Positions 40,433 through 53,637 of a stretch of 64,000 nucleotides of DNA are shown piece after piece (within the stretch, counting starts at the first letter, position 1; the number at the start of each line of letters is the position of its first letter). Source of the stretch: Phoronis australis (lineage: Eukaryota; Animalia; Phoronida); contig NMRA01000401.1 of NCBI GenBank assembly GCA_002633005.1, positions 355,176 to 419,175 on the forward strand, written 5' to 3'. The translations under genes and the position numbers were made by a program. Below the pieces are notes generated by a model, which searched no databases, had not been told where the DNA came from, and was given only the letters and a program-made list of their open reading frames with translations.

Positions 40433-41925
40433 TTTTTTAATGTGTACAGGGAGTATCAAGTGTTTCTTTACCATGCAGTTTGCACGTGATCAATAAAAAC
40501 GAAAGGAGGTGCACCAAGACTTATTGTTCATTGATTGTATTGCAAATTCAAATGTTAAATTGATATAATATAGTTGTGTTCGTGTATCTAGTATGAGTAT
40601 AAAGCAAAATATTCTTTTTTCGTCTTGTACTTTCCAATCGAAATGCTCCTAAATTCAAATCGAGGCAAGGGAATCCCAGTTGGTCAAAGGGATATCCCCG
40701 ACAAAAGTTTGCCGTTTGTTGACTGTATGCAAGCCGCTGTCACGGTAGATGGTAGCGATTTCTCATGGTGAAATGATTTTTCAGCATAGTGCTTTGTCAT
40801 GTTTTATGTTTGTTTCTTTGTTCGCACGCTACAGATCACAATTCTTATCGGATGAACGTGGATAGTTTTGATCTGTTAAAAAACACACATGTATAGGCTA
40901 AGAAAACATAAAAATACGTCTTCTTATAATTCAAGAGACATTTGCTAAACAAATAAGAACATGTATGTTTCTAGGATCGGACGGTGAGCTTGAACCTCTC
41001 ACGTATAGTTAAAAAAATTATTCCGTGGTGATCCAAGTATGTCAGATAATGCTTTTACGTTTCCACTTCATGCTCGCGGACCCAGAAGTGAAAAAGATGT
41101 CTCACTCAGTGAATGGAATGTGCCTGAACATTTTGGTTACTTCATTTGTTGCATTTTCGTCATTTAACATTGAACAATAATTAGCTTACGTCGACCACAA
41201 CGGTATGTTTTTTGTCAAAATCGACACACATTTGTCAAAGATACACCTGCATATCAATATAAATTAATGTACACATTTTTGCGAAAATTGTATTAATGTG
41301 CAAATTAAATAAATGTTTTTTACTATCTCGTGCGGTTCCAGGGATTATTTTGGGCGCGTACGTGTTATTAATGATGTTATGTATACTTTTTTTAGTTGCA
41401 ACATTCTATTTTAACGAAAAATTCAATACTTATAAAAATTGGAAGTGTACTCCGGCTGACTACCACAACATTTATATGTAATGACTTTTGCAACATACAA
41501 GTATTTATTTCATTGATTTTGAAATTGGGCTTTACTAGTGACTTTTTAAAGTTGTCACATTAAATCTTTGCAATCTAGTCACCCGATTTCCACAAATCTT
41601 TAGTAGGCATTAGAATGCCAAATTTCGACTTTCCAAATAAAGAAGAAAACGAGTCCATCAATACTTGGAACGTTTCTTATGTGACCCCTGGTGGTCGAAG
41701 AAATAAAATCATGACCTCAAACCAAACTACATCAACAAATGTAGCGGTATTGTGCCACAGACGGGCTTCAACTGCATGCTCATTGAACCTCGCCAATCAA
41801 TGAGTGGACGAAATAAGAATATTAGAATTCCATCAAACCCGTCTTTATTAACCCCATGACACCAGTACATCTCAATGAGCTCAGCCATGGATCCTTTGCT
41901 TAAATATATAAAAAATGCAATCAAC

Positions 41926-42159
41926 CGTGCGCGCACCCAGAAAAGGCTCGGGGGCTTCCAGTTGGCGAAGTGGGCAAAAAGGTCCGCCTCTGAGAAACAA
42001 AAGGTGCGAGAAAATGAGAGACAAAAATCCACTGAACAAGAACAAACGCGCATTTTACAGTGGCGCCCCGTTTTTTTAGTCCGCCCGCCTTTTTGTTACC
42101 AAAAGGTCAACAACGTTAGGAATTCGAGCCCCCTATATTGAAGACTGGGTGCGCGCATG
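41926..42159. mobile_element. 234-bp MITE with a 5-bp TSD
   Basis: TCAAC|CGTGCGCGCACCCAG ... CTGGGTGCGCGCATG|TCAAC. Confidence 0.75.
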
Positions 42160-44710
42160 TCAACAAATCCACCGAAGGGGCGCAATTGCTCCAATTTTTG
42201 TGTACTGTGACATAACAAGTTTAAATGTGATCAAAAATATCAAGTGCTCAAAAGCCCGCAAACGACGGGTATATTGAGTAGCGTAGGGACCCGCAACAGC
42301 AAAAAATAATGCCTCCAACTAGATTCAATTTATGCTTATAAACAACAGTAACCGAAGCACAGCAAGTCAATCGCAGTAAGCGAGAGAGTTCACACAAAAC
42401 GTCATCACTCGAGGGGAGGCCGGGCTTTGGAGAGGGCGGGGGGACTGGTGTGGTTACCCTCATGGTGACATCATCATGCGCTTTTGGAATAGTTCCATCA
42501 CTTTACATATCGTAAGGAAACTGGTTCACTGACCTAGGGGACCTGCCGTTTAGCACTTCCAAGATTTGATGGCATATTTCACTAGCCGCGTACCTCACTT
42601 ATAAACATATACACGCAAACGACAGGCCCAATCCATCATTGCCTAAAGAGTTGGGGTTGGCTGCGATAACGGGGGGAAGGGAGTTAGAGAAAGTGCGAAT
42701 TTTGGATGACGCAATATGTAAAAGCTCCCCAATAAAAAAATATAAACTCGTTTCTCTAGTTATCGGTAAGACCCTCAACAGTTTTGTGCACCCAAGATAT
42801 GCGCCTGTACATACTATAAGCATGGCACCCTTAACATCGCCCATACAGTGTATGCCACAAAAGCCTACTCAAATTTAAACACCTGTCAAAGTTTACTTCT
42901 GCAAATTTTAAATTTAAAGAAATGAATATTGCACTATAAGCCGGGAACTATAAAGGATATTTCATAAACATCATATTCCCTAAATACCTTTTAGCTGATA
43001 TCAGAATTTATTATATTTTGGAAACAATAAACAACTAAAAAATACCCATTCGGGCTATCAATTTTCCAAACAATCAAAAAGCATATAAACCACATATTTT
43101 AGCCTTGCAGACACTATAATTTACTTATAAGCTAATTTCACAATTAAGATATCAACAGTAATTCTTCAGACAGTTATTTTACACTGCAAAATTGCCAAAG
43201 TTTACATTTTTCTACTGCAAAAGCTTCATACTGCTTCACTACAAATAACCAATTGATCAGTTGTTCTACAACAGCTGTTTAATGCCATGCTAGTAAACTG
43301 AGATTTTCTGAATCTTTCACTTTTAGTAAGAAATAAGTAAAACATTCAACACACCAACATTGCATGCACATTCCTCCATAAGAACCCTATTTTCGTCCAA
43401 TGTATTACCTTGCAAAAATATTTATCAGCTTGAAGATAATGCAATGTCACTCATTTCAGATACAGTTGAATCACATTACTATGAATGAGAGCATATTCTG
43501 TTTCCCAGGAGAAAAGCAAGACCTTGCAAGACTTAGCAAAACAATGCAAGTGAAAAGCGAGTGTTGAATGAATTCAGTGTTTCCATTACATGAATTAAGA
43601 TTTTTCACCACAAGTGCAAACTAATGTCTTGCATTTTGGAGAACTCAATAAAGAGCTACATGGGTAGCGCAGCACTGAAATAAGTGTGGGGGGGGGGGGG
43701 CTATAGCCACCCATGAACTATATAATGTTAACTGGCTTATGGCACTTTTAAGTCTCAAGCCAGTAACACTTTATGTAGATTGTTATGTTAAACTTCCATG
43801 CACCTTTTGAACAGGCCCCATAATGCAATTCGATTGTATCATATATGCATATACTTAGGGTCATGTGCTTACATAAGAAGTCGTATCAAGATGCAGAATT
43901 AGGCTCTCTGCACTTTTATGTGAATGCAGCAAAACCAACCTTTCAAAGTTACAGGTGAGGGAATTTTGGTATATTTGCTACAAACACAAAAAGAAACAAA
44001 TTTTTCGTTTAAACCACTTGCCACCATAAAAGGTAAGGTTGTTCCTAGCTCAGATGAGAAATGGTTTCTCATGTGGGCTTGGAAAAAGCAGACAGTTCAA
44101 TATTTTCTTGTTTTGCCCAAATTTTACGTAATCGTTGCTTGAATGTGAGGAGCAACAATGGGGGGGGGGGCAAACTGTCCCCACATTTGGGTGAAAATTT
44201 TAATAAAATAGGCAAAACAAAAAAAAATATGCCCCTGGCCAAATATATGCTTACATGCATGTCAACCTCATTAGCTATATGGTAAAATTTCACCAATTTA
44301 GGACAAAAATGATTGCCAGAATTCATCTTTTTCATTTTTAAAAGGTTCTAACATTGTTTTGAATGCCCACAATTTCACAGAAACATTGTCTGATGGTAGA
44401 ATTTCCACACTCCATGACATTAGCTTTAAATTTGTTGTTTTCCATCAATTGGCCACTCCATTTTGATCTTTACTGGCTTTCATTCATTTAAAACACCTAA
44501 GGCTACATTTGAGGCTATGCCAAATGCTTGAAGTGTTCACAAGTTCTCGCATTGGTTGACAAGCTATCGCGCAAATCCAGTCATAACTTTGATATGTTAT
44601 GCAAATAAATTGAATCGCAAAGTGTAAACAGTAAAAGACGCAGCAACTACCCGTCGCGAGGATGAGCAGTTACAGACACATTGCAGACAATTGACCAAGT
44701 GTGAACAGGA

Positions 44711-44897
44711 GTTCAGGTGCATGTGCATTTGCATGTTCAGGCGCTTTTGAATACATGTTCAGGTGCATTTGCATGTTCAGGTGCATGTGCATTTGCATGT
44801 TCAGGTGCACTTGCATGTTCAGGTGCATTTGCACGTTCAGGTGCATTTGCATTGTTTAGGTGCATTTGCATTGTTCAGGTGCATGTGTATATGTTTA
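44711..44897. repeat. 18/24-bp minisatellite downstream of the GPR157 stop
   Basis: About nine units of GTTCAGGTGCATTTGCAT with variants. Confidence 0.9.
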
Positions 44898-45033
44898 GAA
44901 TATTGGACTTTTTTGGAAAAAACGCATAACTTTGGAACATGGACCTAACTAAGTGCCAATGGCCCAGATTGCATTATTTGAAAGGATGCCCTCGATTACC
45001 TGTGCATGTGAACCATGTAGTACTTGACTCACA

Positions 45034-48000
45034 TCACGGAATGCGAAATGTAGATCGCGACACGTCTGTCAAAGGTTCAATACTATTTCTATGATATATT
45101 AAATGGGTTTCCTCATCAGCAGGTACACTCTCTGCCCTTTTGACACAGCAGTGATTCCTGAATGCTTCAATAATGTGTCGTCGGACAGACTGTGTAAAGG
45201 CGCAGAATATAATACAATTGGCTCCGCCTTGAAATGTGTCACCAATACCCTGGAAATAGTAGGAAAATTGAATACATTGTTTTATGTCGAGGCATCAACA
45301 ACAGAAATAAATTTTTAAGCAATAGTTGATTTTTCAACACAAAGAGTCAATTCTTATCAATATTTACTGGAGGTGTAAATCTCAAAAAATACACATTCTG
45401 GAAAGAGCAAATAATTTCAGCTGTAAAAATCGAAGTTTTAACAAATAATTAATATCAGAACACAATATTCACCAAAGACGAATACATTTCTTAAAAACAC
45501 TAAATGTTGTTAATAAATGCTTGAAATGTAAAACAGTTAAATTAAGCATTTAGTTTTAAATTGATAAATTTTAACACCTATTTGCAGATTGTGACATTGT
45601 CCTAATTTTTTAAAAAATATGAAATCTAAACTAATTCCTATTTCAAAGTTTTGAGACACCGTTATTGAATTCAATCATGGCCTAATATGTACAAAATTTA
45701 ATGTTTCTAAGCAAAATGCCTTAATCTACTTTGAAAAAACTATATTTTGAATTCGTTTTTTGATAAAAACTCAAAATTTGTTTATGAAAATGAAGAAATC
45801 ACTAAATAATCAATTTCATGTTGATTTTGTCATATTTTCTGACACTTCGCTTTTTTACAAACAGTAGTTTACAAATTTAAAAATGAACTGGACAATGTTG
45901 AAACTCCACGATGTTGAGATGCACTGTGAAAAACCCATCCCCAGGCATGGGAAATGGCAGGACACAACTATCAGAATAAAAAGTGAAATGTTCAGTGAGA
46001 GACACAGCACAACTCTGTCAGACGACGTCAAGCAAGCTGAGGAGACTAGTCAGCAGGATACCTCAGATGTTGTAGATGCAAAACAAACAACTCCATCTAT
46101 ACACAATGACACATTGTTTTTTGACGACTGAGAACACACCTCAGTTCAAGCTTAATCTCGACAAACTCATGACATGTGTTGCTCCATTCACTTCGTCAAA
46201 AATTTGACGACTTACCCCACAAGCTCATTTACAAAAAAATCAGTGGGTATGTACAATATCTTTGCATTGAATCGTCACATAAGTTCATACAACAAAAATG
46301 CCATTTTATACAACAATAAAGCCCAACAAAACTCGCAAGCATTTCTGGCAAGCAATTTGCCCAATGTTTGGTGGAGTTCTGCTATAAATGCCTATCTTTT
46401 TATTTTGAAAATGTTTGCACTTTTACACTGAGTTACTTCTTTGGATACTGAGAAATTGAGTTCTGTATATTTTGACTTGTAACGTCCTACATAACCCAAG
46501 GAGGAAGAATAAGCTGAGTGCACTCACTCTTCTCTTGACGGACGCCAACAAAAAACGCATTATAGCACTTTGAGTTTCAAGGAATGTCGATAAAAATTGT
46601 TTTCTGGAATACTTGAAGTCACGCAGCACTGATTAGGCCAAAGCCAAAATTTTGAACTTCAAAATGGGAAAAATCGAGTTAGGATTCAGTGATTCGATCA
46701 ACCATGTTGAAGCAACCAATGAACCTCTTCAGTGTGTGCTGTTATGTGTTTATGTAATAAGGAACACTTCTTAAAGGCGAAGGCAACCTTTTTCCATGTC
46801 ATTTTGAGCTAAAATAAGGTTGGTTGGTTATCCTAGACATATTTCCCACTTAATTACAGCTTTTCGTAATTTTGTTAATTACTCGTCCGCTACTCTGGAA
46901 ATGACGTTTTAGGAGGCAAGCATTTCGCGCCAATTTCTTTTCATATAGTCTGACTGTGAGAGCTGCCGAGTCAGTCATTGTTCTACCTCGGTTGTGTTAA
47001 GTTCCGTCGTCGTTTGCTTTCATTTACTAGTCAGTCAACATGCCACACTGTTGGTGCGTACCAGGATGTTCTAACTATGGGCTCACGTGCGCTTTGGGAG
47101 TACCTTTGCATCGCTTTCCGATGGATGACACACTTCGCCGTACTTGGCTCGTTCGTGTGAAGAACGCAGCGTTACCCGTCCACGCAACGTATAAAGCAGT
47201 GGAGAATTACCGTGTGTGTGGCAAGCACTTTCTGCCGTCCGATTACGAAAGAGATTTGTACACTGAACTGATGAAGGTCCCTGCGAAACAACGTGTGAAG
47301 AAGGATGCCATTCCGTCTGTGTTGATTCCCGGCAGTGCCCCGTCGCCACTCCCGAGAAGTGCATTTTTGAAGCGAAAAGCCTCACGAGCTGTGGCCAGTA
47401 CAGTGACTGGAGCCACTGGAGGTACATTGTACTTCATCTACTGTCACCCGTGCCTCCGAACGTACCCCAGAGCGTGCAATTCCTGGAACCAGTAGTGATT
47501 CGTCCTGTGCTGTTTTCTCCACCCCAGAGCCTCTAAGCAGCCCTGCAGTGATATTGATTAGTGGGAGTGATAACAGGCTCAGTTCGACACCCAGTGAAGA
47601 GGACAGTTCGTCGTCCAGTGAACAGATCGGTGAGCCAAACTTTGATAAGTTTATTGTTGACTTGTCTAAAGTGTTGGAGCTATTTAGAAGGTGTCAGGTG
47701 TGTGGCGAGGGAGTCACATGACACGGTGTAAGAAGTTTGGGTGCTCAGGTCACCATCCAGTGGGAGTGTGTCGCGGGACACTCTGGCAAGTGGGACAGTT
47801 GTTCCTCTGTGCGTGGTATGCCGGAGGTCCACTTAACCATGTCCAGTAGTGGCTTGGCCTCGTCGAACTCTGAACAGCACAAGCATTCCATTGAGGTAGG
47901 CATAACAACGCACACAGTGCAATGTTTGCACCAAGATGTGTCACCACGTCTGTCCTCAGTAGCCGCCTCGATTCTCTCAACAGCTACCTGTGCCTGTGTG

Positions 48001-51000
48001 TACTCTGCTTCGTTATACTCGGGCTCAAACATGTACTCACCCACTGAATGTCCGTGAAAAAATTCCTCGTCACCACTGCTGTGAACAAGGTCTCCGTCAC
48101 TCACACTACTGTCACTGTGATACGGGTCACCGACTCCAGCCATTTTCAGCTTACAACACACTAAACAATCCCTAAATCCAACGTAGTTGAGTTCTCTACT
48201 AACCTNTGAATACATTGTTTTATGTCGAGGCATCAACAACAGAAATAAATTTTTAAGCAATAGTTGATTTTTCAACACAAAGAGCCAACTCTTATCAATA
48301 TTTACTGGAGGTGTAAATCTCAAAAAATACACATTCTGGAAAGAGCAAATGATTTCAGCTGTAAAAATCGAAGTTTTAACAAATAATTAATATCAGAACA
48401 CAATATTCACCAAAGACGAATAAGTTTCTTTAAACACTAAATGTTGTTAATAAATGCTTGAAATGTAAAACAGTTAAATTAAGCATTTAGTTTTAAATTG
48501 ATGAATTTTAACACCTACTTGCAGATTGTGACATTGTCCTAATTTTTAAAAAAATAATATGAAATCTAAACTAATTCCTATTTCAAAGTTTTGAGACACC
48601 GTTATTGAATTCAATCATGGTCCAAAATTTAATGTTTAATAATCTACTTTGAAAAACTATATTTTGAATTCGTTTTTTGATAAAAACTCAAAGTTTGTTT
48701 ATAAAAATGAAGAAATCACTAAATAATCAATTTCAAGTTGATTTTGTCATATTTTCTGACACTTGGCTTTTTTACAAACAGTAGTTTACAAATTTAAAAA
48801 TGAACTGGACAATGTTGAAACTCCACGATGTTGTGATGCACTGTGAAAAACCCATCCCCAGGCATTGGAAATGGCAGGACACAACTATCAGAATAAAAAA
48901 AGTGAAATGTTCAGTGAGAGACACAGCCCAACTCTGTCAGACGACGTCAAGCAAGCTTAGGAGACTAGTCGGCAGGATACTTCCGATGTTGTAGATGCAA
49001 AACAAACAACTCCATCTATACACAATGACACATTGTTTTTTGATGACTGAGAACACACCTCAGTTCAAGCTTAATCTCGACAAACTCATGACATGTGTTG
49101 ATATATTCACTTCGTCAAAAATTTGACGACTTACCTCACAAGCTCATTTACAAAAAAATCAGTGGGTATGTACAACATCTTCGCAATGAATCGTAACAAA
49201 AGTTCAACAAAAATGCCATTACAATAAAGCCCAACGAAACTCGCAAACATTTCTGGCAAGTAATTCGCCCATGTTTGGCAGAGTTCTGCTATAAATGCCT
49301 ATCTTGTTTATTTTGAAATTGTTTGCACTTTTACACTGAGTTACTTCTTTGGATATTGAGAAATTGAGCTCTGTATATTTTGACTTGTAACGACCTACAT
49401 AACCCAAGGAGGAACAATAAGCTGAGTGCACTCACACTTTTCTTGACGGATGCCAACAAAAAACGCATTATAGCACTTTGAGTTTTAAGGAATGTCAATA
49501 AAAAATTGTTTTCTGGAATACTTAAAGTCACGCAGCAAGCTGATTAGGCCAAAGCCAAAATTTTAAACTTCAAAATGGGAAAAATCGAGTTAGGATTCAG
49601 TGATTTGATCAACCTATTGAAGCAACCAATGAACCTCTTCGGTGTGTGCTGCTATGTGTTAATGTAATAAGGAACACTTAACTGCCTTACTGAAAACAAA
49701 ACAAAGGGTTCCACCCAAAACAAGGACTAAAACTTACAACAAACTTAGCTCTGCATAGGGCTTAAGAATGTTATAAAACCGCCTTCTGTCAAAAATAACT
49801 CATCATGACTCCCCGTAGTACATACACGTGACCAGAGTGGACCTCAAGGTCAGTCGTAAAATAGTATCTTCTGTTGGCCCTTAGCCGCCCCTATACTTTT
49901 AACATCTGGGTACTAAAGGTAGGTAGGTAGGCAATAAAAATTTTGCAACTTCATACATCAATTTTGCTAACTATTTTTCAACCAATGAGCCACGCTGTCT
50001 TGAGAAATTAAAAACTCGCGTATGAGATTTTGTTAAAGGATTTTTGCCACTTTTTTGTAACAAAACAACCAAGTCGCCGGTAAAGACTTACTCACTGGGC
50101 TGTGTCATCTATCAATCAACAGTGTGAAATTGACTACAGCATTTTATGTACAGAATAAATAAAAAGTCAGAGCAGTTTTGTCAATAAAGTTTTCTGAGTC
50201 GGCGGTGTTGTATTAGCTGACTCGACTTACCTCCCCTGTGTGGTTTACTATTACATTGTAGTTATGTCCCATGGTTTTCAGCATTTCGGTTGGGTAAAGT
50301 CAAACGAACCCAATTTTTATTTAGGCCCAGCTTGTTCTTCACCCACACTGGAACTAGTCAGGTAAATTCTGAGATTGGAGAAAACCAATTTGAATAATTT
50401 AGGAGCACAAGCACAGTGTCGTGAATCTTATGTACCAAAAGCAATATCAGAAAGAAATATCAAGGTCCTCTGACTGACTACTATAAAGCAACACTGGCTG
50501 ATACATGCACATTAGGAATCAAGTGATTATGATAAGCTTACATGCATGACCTGAAGAAATGTTTCCAGGCTCGGATGTGACTCCTGCACAGACTGGTGAG
50601 TGACGAAGAGGAAGAACCGTATAGTGCCCCATATCCGAAGAAGTAGGAAGACGAGAGGGATGAAAGTCAGTTTGCGGTTCACTTTTACCATAGCTGCAAC
50701 TGTATCACGTTGAATTGTTGTGCTTTCTTGAGAATTCTTGGTCTAAATACAGGCATAGATTGTTTTTATTTTTCCTCATTCACAAATGCTTTACGTTTAA
50801 ATGCCATTGGGAAATTATTCTTACTTTAAATCAAGACCACAAAGCACATGTGAATAAACTTGTCTATTACATGTCATAAAACTGAAAATTCACATGGAAA
50901 ATGGCCAAAAAAAAGAGCATTGAACTAACTTTTTAACCAAGAACTATCCTGGAAAAATATTAATTGCTCAATGGTGACAGCAGCAATCATTAGCTGACAC

Positions 51001-51868
51001 GGTTTAGGTATCTACAGTCGAGTTGTCAGAATTTCAGTTATAAATAGTGTTACAAACCAACAACGAGTACAGTAATTTGTCAATCTCAGTTGGTGCATGT
51101 GGCCATGAAAACCTCGCAATCACAAGTACTGGTTCATGAGAAGGCTTAAAAATGAGGGAATCGGGGTTCGAAAATATTGTAAATTTCAGGTGTTCACATG
51201 CATGTACTGAAATTGAGGTGTTTCGTTCACATAAAAATGATACTTACGGTTTTCCAAATGTGGACTTTGATCAGCAAGTAAATAACTGGCAGAATGAAGT
51301 AGGACAGAATTTCCCAACCTTTACCAACAAGGAGCATCCACAATATTTCGTTTGAACCATAGCCACTATCACCAACTCGTATCCAGCACCATCCAACAGA
51401 TGTCTGTGACTCATCATCTCCGAGCATGTCATTCGATGCTGCTACAAACATTATTATAATTGGTACACCCCACGAGACGATGTGGAATGCAATTTTGTAC
51501 CCCCTGGTGTTCTTAATGCCGCCTTTAACAATTGTTAAATATAAAAATATCGCAATGCAAAGTGTCCAGAAGAACGACATCATTTGAGCTGTGTTTGCTA
51601 TAGCACTCTCAGCTATGCACCATGGGGGTGAATTGCCTGATGAGTCATCGTGTCCTGATTCTACTAAGTTCATTATGCTTCCAAATGCATATCCCATTGC
51701 TGTGATGAAGTCAGATATAGACAGGAATACAAGAAGCTGTCTTGAAGATGTCCTGATGTCCCTCCATAGCACGTAAGTCAATATTATGAGAAAGGATCCA
51801 ATCATTGACAAGTAGCACGAAAGTTGTGTAACCACGACGACACCAACTGCGACTGTATAATTTCCCAT
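45034..51868 (-). CDS. GPR157: GPR157-like 7TM receptor (cAMP-receptor-like family), 3 coding exons, ~345 aa
   Basis: Exons 51248-51868 (SCYLSMIGSFLII..RQLLVFLSISD..SFFWT..FHIVSWGVP..SVGWCWI..WMLLVGKGWEILSY), 50542-50742 (..RKLTFIPLVFLLLRIWGTIRFFL..MH), 45034-45249 (GIGDTFQGGANCIIF..*). Both introns are phase 0 and GT-AG. The motifs match vertebrate GPR157 as I recall it. Confidence 0.88.
47040..47835 (+). pseudogene. THAP-domain transposase N-terminal remnant (frameshift ~47420, stop 47719-47721, DDE core deleted)
   Basis: THAP C2CH motifs CVPGC..HRFP..W..VCGKHF..KKDAIPSV. In the shifted frame: KFIVDLSKVLELFRRCQVCG..*..GAQVTIQWECVAGHSGKWDS..GMP. Confidence 0.8.
47835..48143 (-). pseudogene. 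KolX-like / P2X7 C-terminal ballast-like Cys-rich protein, N-terminal remnant
   Basis: From ATG at 48143: MAGVGDPY..YMFEPEY..DTSWCKHCTVCVVMPTSMECLCCSE. This matches the Y-x-FEP and WC..C..C..MPT..ECLCC.E zinc-binding pattern. It ends where the frame runs into the antisense of the transposase stub. Confidence 0.7.
48207..49681 (+). repeat. Duplicate of 45269-46770 (probable alternative haplotype that lacks the transposon)
   Basis: Begins right after the single n at 48206 and is colinear with SNPs and small indels. It ends GGAACAC-TTAA-CTGCC, where the first copy reads GGAACACTTC-TTAA-AGGCG. Confidence 0.85.
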
Positions 51869-53420
51869 AGTTCATAAAAGGAAATGGATGATAAACAATA
51901 GTTGAGCACAGCCTGCTTTCTCTTGATAACAGCCAAACAAGTGGTCTGAAAAAAGATTCATGTCAAGGTTAAGTTGCAACAGCATACAGCTATCATACTA
52001 TAACTATTCATGAGGTAACGTTATAAGTTACCGCAATTTATACCGAGATAGGTGTAAACCCTTGATAACACATGACTCCATCTGTTGAGTGTTCCTGAAA
52101 GCTTATTGTTACATGCGCATGTTCTCTAACATGCTCCTAATAATGGCCTGATATGCAGTAGAAATGCTTAGGGGGGGATGATGCCCCCAGGGACATGACC
52201 ATAAAAATGCAGCTAGCATGACGTTTTAGGGTTTACGAAGTCATTTCCCTTGAAAATGCAATTGCACCCTGCCGTTTACAGCATTGTAGACCTACCAGTG
52301 CTTTGAACTTGATTCTCATTAGTTTTTACAATTCTAAAATGAAAGACAGGGCACCATGGCATCTTCAGCATTTGGCAAAGGACTCCACTCAAAATAGCAA
52401 ATTTTCGCCACTTTGAAAAGTTTCATAATTCCATTATTTATCTCTAATAGCCAAGCAAAGCCTGTGGAATACAATTTTATCAGGATTAAGATAATTATCT
52501 AAGAGTGCAGATGGATTGTGGTGGTAAATGGTAAAACGATTGTTAATCAGCTGAATAAAAGCTTTGGACAGAGCACTCCATTTTGGAAGCCCAATCAACA
52601 GAGCAATTAACACACTGAATGCGAGAAGCTGGGCAGAGTTTTGTACACACAAGAATTTCACAAAAAAGCTAGTGTGAATGACCATTTGCTTCACTTGTGT
52701 ATGGCAATATCTCAGCTGGTCGAGTCTTGCATGGTCTTGCATTTTCATGAGATTCTCGCTTCTACACTAAGACAATTCATGCCTGGCAACAAGATTCTTT
52801 ACAACATACAGTCACATGAATTGTTTTTCACTGCTTATTTCATCACATGAAGCTCCATCTTGCCCTGGTTACAACAAAAAAGAATGAGGACTTTTACTCC
52901 CATAAAATTGGCCTCTTGATAAGTTTCCATTTCCATTAGCAACTCAAGTCTTAACTAATCCGAAAGAGCAGCAGTTTTGAATGTGCAATTTCAGGCTTTT
53001 AATATCTCCACAATCTATAAAGCATTTTCCTTTGTTGCTGATGGTTTCAATGGTCTTGCTGTTAACGGAATTATTTGACAATGAAACCAATGTGATCAAT
53101 ACACACACATATATATATATATAGTTGCTTACATAAGTCTGGGATTTTAAGAAACAATTTGGTGCCTGTTTTTAGTGGAAAAAACAAGTTCTTAAAATTC
53201 AGGACCCTTGACTGTCACTATTGCCTTTATATGCTAGTATAAAAATAAATCACTTTTTGTTTTTTATCCAAATCAGGTGAACAGGTTAAAATACAATTAC
53301 TGAAAATCTGTGAGACTATATTTAAAATGAAGGCATGTGAGGTGCACATAATGTGAACTATTTTGTGAACTATTTGTAGGAAGAACATGAGTGTAAATGT
53401 ACTCCTCACACTTCACTCAC

Positions 53421-53637
53421 ATGATTTGTCACATGTGCTGATAACTTAGGAACAATTAAACAATCGGCATTTTAACTGTCCGCATAAGAAGGATCATTGT
53501 TGCTGAAATGGTCCGCCATGTCCTCAAACCACTCGAATATCCACCTGGTATGAAGTTCGATACAAACAGCAAAATTTTCTCCACTTCTCGATTTGAGTTG
53601 AAAACCTGCTCCTGGGTGAAGTCTGGATCTCGGAATT
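53421..53637 (-). other. Probable non-coding 5' UTR exon of GPR157-like, containing two uORFs
   Basis: Acceptor CTCTTTCAG at 53638-53646 and donor GTGAGT at 53420. The next acceptor (TCTTTTTTCAG) at ~51946 precedes the main ATG. Confidence 0.55.

Larger units (their letters stand above)
46775..48205 (+). mobile_element. Internally deleted Kolobok-type DNA transposon (THAP-transposase 5' stub plus convergent KolX-like ORF); right end lost at the assembly N
   Basis: Starts after TTAA (46771-46774) with AGGCGAAGG. Contains a THAP ORF on + and a Cys-rich ORF on -. Absent from the duplicated flank copy at 49678. Confidence 0.75.

Noticed and set aside
42055-42072. TGGCGCCC as an LTR primer-binding site
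   Set aside because: It lies inside a 234-bp TIR/TSD-bounded MITE, with no LTR pair or gag/pol sequence.
44670-44948. His-rich (MHLHVQV)n and AFACSG-repeat ORFs
   Set aside because: They are translations of the minisatellite, open in several frames on both strands, with no splice or coding support.
45883-46131. 82-aa ORF repeated at 48800
   Set aside because: It is frameshifted between the two allelic copies, intronic and has no motif.
47040-47495. Domesticated host THAP gene nested in GPR157
   Set aside because: It is intronless, followed by a frameshifted and stopped transposase-like sequence, bounded by TTAA, and absent from the alternate copy.
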